This document shows, piece after piece, positions 8,937 through 16,670 of a stretch of 64,000 nucleotides of DNA. Each line of letters begins with the position of its first letter. Within the stretch, counting starts at the first letter, position 1. A program made the position numbers and the translations under genes. The notes under the pieces are model-generated. The model saw nothing but the letters and a program-made list of their open reading frames with translations, had not been told where the DNA came from and ran no database searches. The DNA comes from a virus: the IMG/VR virus record IMGVR_UViG_3300029319_009270, positions 1 to 64,000 of that record, one strand, 5' to 3'.

Positions 8937-10495
8937 GTCCCGCATCCCCACGATGCATATTCGATATCAATGGTTTGTCCTTCTGATGGTTCATATCCGT
9001 GTTCAAAAATAACAGCATTTTGATCTTCATCATACTCCCAATCTGTTGTTTGTTGTCCGTTAACATAAACCTCGATTGTATTTTCAATGGGATCGTCCTC
9101 AGTGAGTTTAAACACTCTTCTTGCTGTTACCTCCCCGGCTAAGTCTTGCAACTGTACACCCCAATCAGATGCACAAATCGAGTACCAGTTTCCGCCATAG
9201 TGATCTATTAGATCCCAATATCCTTCCCCAGCCTGGGCTGTTCTAAAGTATCCGTTATGTTGATATTGACATCCGGCTGGATAATCACCTATGACACCAT
9301 ACGGAATGAAATCACCAGCTGGTTTAACTGCATCAAAAAAAGTAAGATAAGATGACCACCCGGGAGATGAATGATCAGGTTCATCTGAAACAAAAATTAC
9401 TATAAGTTTTGCTGATTCTCTAAAGAAGCTACCCCCAGGGCCAGCAGCATTCGGGTCACTAAGACTGTTATATGCCATCTGAATTCCTTTTTCAATTCCG
9501 GAACCGTAAGTTCCTAACAAAACTAAACTTGATAAAGCAGCTTCAGGATCTGGGTGTGTTGTATCAATTATTGTTGAAAATGTAGATCGGTCTGTAGTGA
9601 TTACAGACATTCTATAATCTGCTCCTGTCGTGGAAAAAGCATTCATAAAAGAACCAATATTTGTCGATAGATTTGTCTGAAACGGCATCATCGATCCAGA
9701 GTTATCAATGACCCACAAAACATCTAAAACAGGTATTTCATCTTGCTGCCATTGATCTGTATGCCATTGTTCAACGTCACCGTCGCCATACTGCACAACT
9801 GTCTGTTCAGGATTTAAAGGGTCATCTCCTTTTATTGTTATTGAACTTTCATCTCTCCCAATATCTGATGGAATATATGAAACTAAAAAGTCTATTTCTT
9901 GTCCTGGAATTAAGACCCAAGGAGGCTCAGGAAGACTCCCGTATTCCATTGCAATATCAGCAGGTTGTGAAACCATCTGAATTACTGATTCTACAGTTAA
10001 ATCCAAATTTCCTTCGTTTCTTATTGTTACTCTTTCTTCATTGTCACAGCCAATTGATATATCTCCATAATCAAAAATGTCTGGGTCGACGGTCATAACT
10101 GGCGCATCCCCATATCCTTCAAGCGTAATAACTGACACCGGTTCATCTTCGTCATCTGATATTATTTCTATATAAGCACCATTTGACTCATATGTCGCAG
10201 GGGTATACCCAACTTCAAATTCTAATAACTCGCCTGGTTCAACGACATACAATTCTTCACTAGCGTTTAAAGTAAACCTAGAATTACCAGAAACTAATTC
10301 GGGAGAAAAGATTTTAAGTTCTTTGTCTCCCGTATTAATAATTTGAAAAGTATCTTGTCCTGATTCATGGCCTGATTTTAAGTGGCCAAAATTAATATGT
10401 TCAGGATGAACCAATATTTCTTGTTGTCGTTTTTCTATGCCCGCAACTAAGTAATCATTGCAAGCTAGTAAACTTAATAAAAATAAAACCATCAA
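8933..10495 (-). CDS. Lipoprotein with two Ig-like (choice-of-anchor D/ASH-type) domains and a vWA domain
   Basis: Lipobox LLAC; two [INF/FDY]G...I.N.G...L.[IV] Ig repeats; MIDAS DNSGS; VSDE. Confidence 0.75.
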   Translation of the reverse strand: MMVLFLLSLLACNDYLVAGIEKRQQEILVHPEHINFGHLKSGHESGQDTFQIINTGDKELKIFSPELVSGNSRFTLNASEELYVVEPGELLEFEVGYTPATYESNGAYIEIISDDEDEPVSVITLEGYGDAPVMTVDPDIFDYGDISIGCDNEERVTIRNEGNLDLTVESVIQMVSQPADIAMEYGSLPEPPWVLIPGQEIDFLVSYIPSDIGRDESSITIKGDDPLNPEQTVVQYGDGDVEQWHTDQWQQDEIPVLDVLWVIDNSGSMMPFQTNLSTNIGSFMNAFSTTGADYRMSVITTDRSTFSTIIDTTHPDPEAALSSLVLLGTYGSGIEKGIQMAYNSLSDPNAAGPGGSFFRESAKLIVIFVSDEPDHSSPGWSSYLTFFDAVKPAGDFIPYGVIGDYPAGCQYQHNGYFRTAQAGEGYWDLIDHYGGNWYSICASDWGVQLQDLAGEVTARRVFKLTEDDPIENTIEVYVNGQQTTDWEYDEDQNAVIFEHGYEPSEGQTIDIEYASWGCGT

Positions 10496-10542
10496 ACACC
10501 CCCTTATAATAAATAAAAGGGATTCGGGGTTTTATCTAAATT

Positions 10543-10839
10543 TTATTGATTCGACAATCTTTTTGCAGCTTTAATGTATCCCAGTGCTTGATCAAGTGAT
10601 GCTGACTGTTGTTTTATTTCTTTAACATTTCTCGCAATTCCAGCAGAACGTTCTTCGATGTTAGCTAATCTTGAAAGCGGAGCATCTATTCCTCGTGCTT
10701 CTAATTCATTAACTGACACGTCTATCATCTCCTTTAGCGTCATTAGTTGCGATTTGAGATTGACCATGGTCGACTCAACACGCCCCCTTGTGTGGCTAAG
10801 TTCTTCTGCGATTTGCATTATTTTATCTAAGTGATCCAT
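10543..10839 (-). CDS. Coiled-coil hypothetical protein
   Basis: Heptad-rich 98 aa ORF. Confidence 0.6.
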   Translation of the reverse strand: MDHLDKIMQIAEELSHTRGRVESTMVNLKSQLMTLKEMIDVSVNELEARGIDAPLSRLANIEERSAGIARNVKEIKQQSASLDQALGYIKAAKRLSNQ

Positions 10840-10899
10840 ACTTGCGCCTATATTTGTAATTGTTTTGTTGTATTATATACAATACGTTCAGAGGTGTTT

Positions 10900-11604
10900 A
10901 TGGAAAAGAAAATCTATTTATATGCAGACAATATTGGATCTGTTGAATATGTAAGTCACATGGGTAAAGATATTACCATCGTCAATAGTGCAAGAGTTTC
11001 GTTTGGAAAGCATAAGGAGAGTATGGATGAAAAAGACAGAAAACTTATTAAATACCTCATCAAACATAGACACACGTCCACGCTGGAACACAATCTTGTT
11101 ACATATCGTTTTGTGGTACCTTTGTTTGTGCGTAGTCAGCACCACCGTCATAGAACTTGGTCTTATAATGAAATTAGTCGTAGATATACTGATGAAAATT
11201 TACGATTTTATGAGCCAGTAAGTTTTAGAACACAACACAAATCAAATCGACAAGCAAGTAATTTAGATAAAATTAATCCTGTCATATACCCAGACTGGGA
11301 TGATCCAGAAAGCGGTTACAAAGCAGATCAAATTATACAAATGCATCACAAAACATCTGTCACGTTATACAATGATTTGATGAAACAAGGCGTTTGTAGG
11401 GAACAAGCGCGTGGAGTTTTACCTCAAAATCTATACACAGAATATTATGGGACCGTCAATCTTAACAACTTGCTTAAATTTATTGACTTAAGAACCCATG
11501 AGGGTGCACAGTGGGAAATACAAAAAGTTGCAGAAGCTTGCTTAGAAATAGCTACTGACTTATGGCCTGAAACTGTTAATGCATATAAATTAATTAGACA
11601 ATAA
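10900..11604 (+). CDS. thyX: Flavin-dependent thymidylate synthase
   Basis: H.STLEH, RHRTWSYNEISRRY signature, REQARGVLP, AQWEI; start ATG 10900 after GAGGT. Confidence 0.95.
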   Translation: MEKKIYLYADNIGSVEYVSHMGKDITIVNSARVSFGKHKESMDEKDRKLIKYLIKHRHTSTLEHNLVTYRFVVPLFVRSQHHRHRTWSYNEISRRYTDENLRFYEPVSFRTQHKSNRQASNLDKINPVIYPDWDDPESGYKADQIIQMHHKTSVTLYNDLMKQGVCREQARGVLPQNLYTEYYGTVNLNNLLKFIDLRTHEGAQWEIQKVAEACLEIATDLWPETVNAYKLIRQ

Positions 11605-12856
11605 TTAATCTTTCTATTAAAGCCTTCAATTGTCTTAACGTAATACTTACGATTCCTTCGTTAACTGATTCTGCCCTGGGTTTTGCTCTCCGAGCTCTAC
11701 CAATGATCTGATTTGCCATAGCAAAAGCACCGGTTATTTTATATATCTTACCGCCCTTTTCAAAAACAACGCCTTCAAGAGACGATGCTACATTTTCTAT
11801 ATTGCCAAGTTTTGCTAACTGCCTATCAACGAGCTTGCCCATTTTTTCATCACCTGATTCTGCTAATGATTCTAGATATGAAATACTTTCTTCTAACTCT
11901 TCTCGTATGCTCTGAACAGCAGCATCATGATCGACAACAAAAAAGCTCTTAATACCTCTAAGCACTTCTATCGCAAAATCGTTAATAATGTTTTCAAGAG
12001 GTCTCAGAACTACACCAATTACTTTTTTAGCGTTTACCTTTGTGCAGTATTTTGATATCTTTTTAGACATTTCTTTTGTCTTTCCGTATTCTTTTTTAAT
12101 ATCCCTCAATTCAAGTCCGCCGGGTTCCTTAAAAACATTCCTTATTATTTCATCGCATGCATTAGCTGGGATATCTTCTGACAGCATTAAATTTTTATAA
12201 TATATTTTGCATAGACTCTTAATTGTGCCGTCCATACCCACTGGTTCTGCCAGTTTTTGTATTTTACTAACCACTGCTTGGTGTGCTTTTCCATCCGCGA
12301 TATTATTGAGAGGAATAACTTGGGGCCCATATACGCTCCAAGCTTCTCCGTCAATTTCAACTTGAGCACTGTCCAAAGCAGATCGCAGACGCTCGAAAGA
12401 CTCAGAGGTTTCACCTCCGTCAATTGATATTAAGTTATGAAGCACAACGTACGATGCACCATAAATTATAATATTAGGGTTGCCTGGATACATTATCTCC
12501 ATGTTAACGTAGCTTTTTCCGCCATCAAATATATCAATGACATCTTCCTGATTAAGGGAATTAATTGCTGCACCAATGGCTCTAAATCCTTTCATAAAAG
12601 CATCCTCAGCAGGATGTCCTTTCCACTTCGCCGCATAATCACTAGTCGTCATGCCGCCTTTTTTAATATCTGTTGGATTACGTGCAGTTCTTATTTCTCC
12701 TAAAGAATTAACAGTTAAAAATAGGTTTTGCCCGTCTACCTTTTCAACAACTTCAATGTCTGCTGACGCAACTTGATTTAATATTGACACTAACTCATTA
12801 AAAGTTAAATCTAAATCTTCATGAAGATGTGCCATGTGTCCGGCCGCTCCTCCCAT
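11594..12856 (-). CDS. Covalent nucleotidyltransferase (ligase-like) protein with a C-terminal leader-like peptide
   Basis: EKVDG (motif I), EGVVF (motif IV), YKITG (motif V); C-terminus VNEGIVSITLRQLKALIE. Confidence 0.55.
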   Translation of the reverse strand: MGGAAGHMAHLHEDLDLTFNELVSILNQVASADIEVVEKVDGQNLFLTVNSLGEIRTARNPTDIKKGGMTTSDYAAKWKGHPAEDAFMKGFRAIGAAINSLNQEDVIDIFDGGKSYVNMEIMYPGNPNIIIYGASYVVLHNLISIDGGETSESFERLRSALDSAQVEIDGEAWSVYGPQVIPLNNIADGKAHQAVVSKIQKLAEPVGMDGTIKSLCKIYYKNLMLSEDIPANACDEIIRNVFKEPGGLELRDIKKEYGKTKEMSKKISKYCTKVNAKKVIGVVLRPLENIINDFAIEVLRGIKSFFVVDHDAAVQSIREELEESISYLESLAESGDEKMGKLVDRQLAKLGNIENVASSLEGVVFEKGGKIYKITGAFAMANQIIGRARRAKPRAESVNEGIVSITLRQLKALIERLIIV

Positions 12857-12857
12857 T

Positions 12858-13193
12858 TTATTCTCCTTTTACTTTAACCAAATAGCATATATTAATTATA
12901 TGCTTACCGTGATTATTACCAATTGTTGCTAGCCAAGCTTTGCAATCACTACCACCATCAGAACCCATGAAATATTCATCGATGCTATATACAAGATAAA
13001 TCTCTTCATCTTCATCATGATCTAAGTCAACAATATTGTGATATTTGACTATATCCCCAACAGATGCTAGTTCCTTATTATAGTAAAACTTTGGTGGGCT
13101 ACTTTGGTTTAAATGAAAGGACATTTTTGTTTTCTTCAGGATATTCCTCGGATTCGCTTTCTTCTTCTCCTTGTGGTTCCTGGGGTTCTTCAA
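12858..13193 (-). CDS. Small KOW/SH3-like hypothetical protein (true start probably further downstream)
   Basis: SVGDIVKY pattern; the N-terminal part overlaps the upstream gene. Confidence 0.45.
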   Translation of the reverse strand: MKNPRNHKEKKKANPRNILKKTKMSFHLNQSSPPKFYYNKELASVGDIVKYHNIVDLDHDEDEEIYLVYSIDEYFMGSDGGSDCKAWLATIGNNHGKHIINICYLVKVKGE

Positions 13194-13572
13194 CAGTTTC
13201 GCCGTACCTTTCTTTCACTTCGTCTAACCCTACCCCCATCAAAAAACTTTCAATTCGATATAATGCCTCTTTCTCGCTTTCTTCAACAGTCAACTTGTTG
13301 TTGACCATAAACATCTCATCAAAATAAGTCCAAGAATCATTTTTCCAAAACTCAATATAAGGGTTGATAATCAATTCATCATTGTTATCTTGATCGTATA
13401 TTATTCCAATTTTTGCCCTCATTGAGATAGGGTGTGTCATACCCTCAAGCATCCAAGAAAATATCCAAATTGAAGTTTGCGCACTAATTTCAGCATCAAA
13501 CTGTTCTGAATATTGTTTATCGCTTTGCCTATATAGCAACTTTCTATTAAATATCGCTTGCTCCTTTTCCAT
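13099..13572 (-). CDS. Hypothetical protein
   Basis: ATG 13572 after GAAGGT; acidic C-terminus ending NVLSFKPK. Confidence 0.65.
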   Translation of the reverse strand: MEKEQAIFNRKLLYRQSDKQYSEQFDAEISAQTSIWIFSWMLEGMTHPISMRAKIGIIYDQDNNDELIINPYIEFWKNDSWTYFDEMFMVNNKLTVEESEKEALYRIESFLMGVGLDEVKERYGETVEEPQEPQGEEESESEEYPEENKNVLSFKPK

Positions 13573-13600
13573 GTCATTACCTTCTTTTTTTATTCTTTTT

Positions 13601-13804
13601 TTATTCGTAAAGTGGAATATTATTGATAATACAGATAAGTAAGTCGCCCTCTTTACCCCATTTCCATGTGTCATTATTTGCTCTGTAAAATATTTTATTG
13701 CCTTGCAACTCTATAACTTTATCACCACGAGTGTTCCAACAATTATAACCATCTGTATGTAAATTGAAACATTCTGCGTACTTTTTAATATAACTTTTTT
13801 GCAT
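13601..13804 (-). CDS. Hypothetical protein
   Basis: Fits operon packing. Confidence 0.5.
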   Translation of the reverse strand: MQKSYIKKYAECFNLHTDGYNCWNTRGDKVIELQGNKIFYRANNDTWKWGKEGDLLICIINNIPLYE

Positions 13805-14084
13805 TCTTTACTCGTTCCATAATTCTCTTATAGTATTCATCTGCATCATCATCTTCAAATGCTTTACTTATCTTAACGGGATTCTTGACAATCTCCTCCT
13901 TTTCCTCTTCTTCTGGATACTGATATTCAATTTCAGACTTACCAAGACCCATTAGAGGCTTTCTAGGCTTAATAACATGTCCTGCACCATGACCTTTGTG
14001 ACCACGAACACTCACAACATTTTTTGTTGTTGCCATGTCCATTTCTCTAATTAATTGTCTAAGCAGTTCTATTGTTTTTTTCAT
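13785..14084 (-). CDS. Leader-like hypothetical protein
   Basis: MKKTIELLRQLIREM; ATACTTA motif at 14100-14106; GAGGT SD. Confidence 0.7.
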   Translation of the reverse strand: MKKTIELLRQLIREMDMATTKNVVSVRGHKGHGAGHVIKPRKPLMGLGKSEIEYQYPEEEEKEEIVKNPVKISKAFEDDDADEYYKRIMERVKNAKKLY

Positions 14085-14180
14085 AACATACCTCTTTATT
14101 AAGTATGTGCTTTATGATTTGATATCCCACAACAATTCATAAAAAAAGCAACGTAAATTAAAATCACCATGAATATCATA

Positions 14181-14963
14181 TTAGCTAGTAAGTTCGGATC
14201 GTCCCTTAAAACTTTCAAGCTTGTAAGAATATCTTGGGTCTGCTTCTTCCCACTTTTTAATTTTGTTTTTAAGCTCTTTAATCTTCTTATCATAAAAATC
14301 CTCAATTTTCTTTACACGAGAACCTGCCTCCTGTATTGTTCTATCAAAACATTTACTTATCATAACACTTGTGTCATAAGCACATTTTTCTTCAAATCCA
14401 GCTATTCGTTCTTTGTAACGTTCTATGTAAGTTTGATTCAGTGTAGTAAAGTCACCGTACAAAACATTACATTTTTTCATTGCATTCTTTTTATTCATTC
14501 TTGACTTTCCTCTAGATCCAGAGGCTGGCGGGTAATAGTCTTCTGGTGTCAATCCTTTAAAAAATAAAACACAGAATTCATCAAAAGAATCATTAGTCAA
14601 TATGAAAACATAATCTAAACTTTCCTTCTTACAAATCGTTTCCCAGTCTGTTTGAAGACTAAAAGATCTTTTCTTGCTTTTTGTCCTGCTGCCACTTGTT
14701 ATTTTGCATTCAAGCTCTGTTTCAATATCACCTATGTATATGTCAGGTTTTCCTGGCGCACCATCTTCAACAACCACATTATAAACTTTTCTCAAGGCAT
14801 TGGCTGTAGCTTTTTCTTGTGCAGTTGAAACTAAAGCGTTGCGTCTCCCTAAATTATCTCTTAAGTTTAAATCATGATTATTAAAAACTGTAGCCAAGTC
14901 GTTTTCAAATTTCTGGATATCGCCAAGAATGTTTTTAACAATTTTTCTGTTTAAATAAGTCAT
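14181..14963 (-). CDS. PD-(D/E)XK restriction-endonuclease-like protein
   Basis: GKPDIYIGDIETELECKIT; C-terminal coiled coil. Confidence 0.6.
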   Translation of the reverse strand: MTYLNRKIVKNILGDIQKFENDLATVFNNHDLNLRDNLGRRNALVSTAQEKATANALRKVYNVVVEDGAPGKPDIYIGDIETELECKITSGSRTKSKKRSFSLQTDWETICKKESLDYVFILTNDSFDEFCVLFFKGLTPEDYYPPASGSRGKSRMNKKNAMKKCNVLYGDFTTLNQTYIERYKERIAGFEEKCAYDTSVMISKCFDRTIQEAGSRVKKIEDFYDKKIKELKNKIKKWEEADPRYSYKLESFKGRSELTS

Positions 14964-14985
14964 ATAGCTCCCTTTATATAATTTT

Positions 14986-15014
14986 ATTATATTACACTTA
15001 ATTTAAAATTGCAT
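14986..15014 (-). promoter_or_regulatory. Sigma70-like promoter ATGCAA-N17-TATAAT
   Basis: Exact 17 bp spacer, upstream of the GGGAG SD of the 14963 gene. Confidence 0.6.
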
Positions 15015-15204
15015 GAGTTATAAAAAAGTAAACACAGCCTGCACCAAAAATAACGTAAAGAAAAATTAGTGTATTGATTACGTAATCTAAAAACTTAAGA
15101 AATGTTACGACTTCTAGCTTATCCTCTTCAAGACCCATAGATTTAATCGTTAAAGCTTTCCAGATTCTCGCTGTGTAATTTTTAATGTTAGTATATGTTT
15201 TCAT
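14998..15204 (-). CDS. Small membrane protein
   Basis: C-terminal hydrophobic helix. Confidence 0.55.
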   Translation of the reverse strand: MKTYTNIKNYTARIWKALTIKSMGLEEDKLEVVTFLKFLDYVINTLIFLYVIFGAGCVYFFITHAILN

Positions 15205-15207
15205 ATA

Positions 15208-15444
15208 TCATTGACTCCCTGTTAAAATCTGGATCATCCTCAGATCATCTAGAAAAGTTCCAAAACGAGCGCCATGGTTGTAGTATACCATGTATCTGCA
15301 ATTTATATCATCTAATTCTTCATCTATTTTATAGATTATAATTCCGTATTTTTCTCTATACATGAACTGAACTAGTGATCCGACATATGATCCTGAATTA
15401 TGATATTTATTTTGGCCAGAAGAGCCACTCAATAATTGTGCCAT
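15208..15444 (-). CDS. Small SH3/KOW-like hypothetical protein
   Basis: YVGSLVQF...KYGII pattern. Confidence 0.45.
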   Translation of the reverse strand: MAQLLSGSSGQNKYHNSGSYVGSLVQFMYREKYGIIIYKIDEELDDINCRYMVYYNHGARFGTFLDDLRMIQILTGSQ

Positions 15445-15712
15445 CGGGAACTTCCTGATAATAGTAGAAGCTTCCGTCTCTATGACTTTTTATTTCACTG
15501 GGTTCGCAAGGGAATTTACTAACTGAATCAACCTCAAAAGCAATATGAGGAGGATGTTTACCGGGCATTGTTAAAGCTAAAACCAAATTATCAATAAGAA
15601 TCATGCCCCAGTCATCATGTTCTTTTAATATTTTAGCACTTAAGTTTTCGACATACCAGCTTATACTTTCTTTTATGTCTTCAACTTGTATTGCGATATG
15701 ATGGAATTTCAT
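15407..15712 (-). CDS. VOC/glyoxalase-family protein
   Basis: FHHIAIQV, PHIAFEV, PDGTIIE. Confidence 0.8.
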   Translation of the reverse strand: MKFHHIAIQVEDIKESISWYVENLSAKILKEHDDWGMILIDNLVLALTMPGKHPPHIAFEVDSVSKFPCEPSEIKSHRDGSFYYYQEVPDGTIIEWLFWPK

Positions 15713-16062
15713 TAGTTCCAGTCTCCAGTGGCGATATATTTTTTAGGTATTTTGAATAAATTTTGCCCTATTAAACAATCTATCGAGTCTGATTCATCGC
15801 AGCTACTAAATAATTCTTCGTCTAAAACAAAAACCTCAGATTGCGGCCAGACTCTAACCAGTTGCATCTTAACAGAACAATATGACCAAAGAGGTTTTGG
15901 AGCATCATTTTTAATTGTATACATTTTTTTTGTAAAGTTATCAATTAAATCTTGCTCAAATTGTTTGTTTTGCAGTAACATTTCAATATCTAAATCAAAA
16001 TCACTTGGCAAATCAAAACTCCCAGTCACCATTATAACGCTTCCGCTAGCGTGATTCTCCAT
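15712..16062 (-). CDS. Hypothetical protein
   Basis: AGGAGG upstream; coupled to the VOC gene. Confidence 0.55.
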   Translation of the reverse strand: MENHASGSVIMVTGSFDLPSDFDLDIEMLLQNKQFEQDLIDNFTKKMYTIKNDAPKPLWSYCSVKMQLVRVWPQSEVFVLDEELFSSCDESDSIDCLIGQNLFKIPKKYIATGDWN

Positions 16063-16123
16063 ACCCTATATCTTCCTCCTACAATAATATGTATCATAAA
16101 AGTAAAAAAAGTAAAGGTGTATA

Positions 16124-16336
16124 TCAACGACTTATTTTCTGCCAGTAGCTAAAAGTATGCGTGGAATCTGCATAACCCCTACATGTCACGGTCACATATA
16201 CGTGAGGCTCTCCCCCAAAGTATCTTATCTCCTTGTTTGCTGGATACTGGGATGTCCCTTTCTGATCTCCAGGTAAATTCTTTTTCGATGTATCTTTCGT
16301 ACTCATGATTTTTTTTGCCTTTATTAACTTGTGCAT
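16124..16336 (-). CDS. Hypothetical protein
   Basis: Operon packing. Confidence 0.45.
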   Translation of the reverse strand: MHKLIKAKKIMSTKDTSKKNLPGDQKGTSQYPANKEIRYFGGEPHVYVTVTCRGYADSTHTFSYWQKISR

Positions 16337-16351
16337 CAGACATTTTTTATC

Positions 16352-16645
16352 CTAGTGTTCTATGTCGTTATTTGGATTATTAAATATAAGGGTCGGGGAT
16401 GCCGGAGTTTTCTTCTTTTCACCCGGTTCAGACACCATAAGATGATGTATCGATTGCTTCAACAATTCATTAGCTCTTTTAAGCTCAGACTTTTTTTCTT
16501 GTTCTTCACTATACTTTATAGAATAAGTGACACCTTTTGCCAATAGCGATATCGACAACAAAATAACACCAATCCACCAAGACTGTTGAAAAAAGAAAAG
16601 TGAAGTAACTAAGGCAACTTCACTAAAACCAATTTTAATATTCAT
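16352..16645 (-). CDS. Small two-TM membrane protein
   Basis: Two N-terminal hydrophobic segments; AAGGAG SD. Confidence 0.6.
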   Translation of the reverse strand: MNIKIGFSEVALVTSLFFFQQSWWIGVILLSISLLAKGVTYSIKYSEEQEKKSELKRANELLKQSIHHLMVSEPGEKKKTPASPTLIFNNPNNDIEH

Positions 16646-16670
16646 ATAGCACTCTCCTTACAGGAAAATA

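Noticed and set aside
14099-14305. Alternative-frame minus-strand ORFs (also 8899..9087, 25284..25586, 43664..44044)
   Set aside because: Largely nested in better-supported genes. 14099..14305 has a TM-like tail but cannot be supported further.
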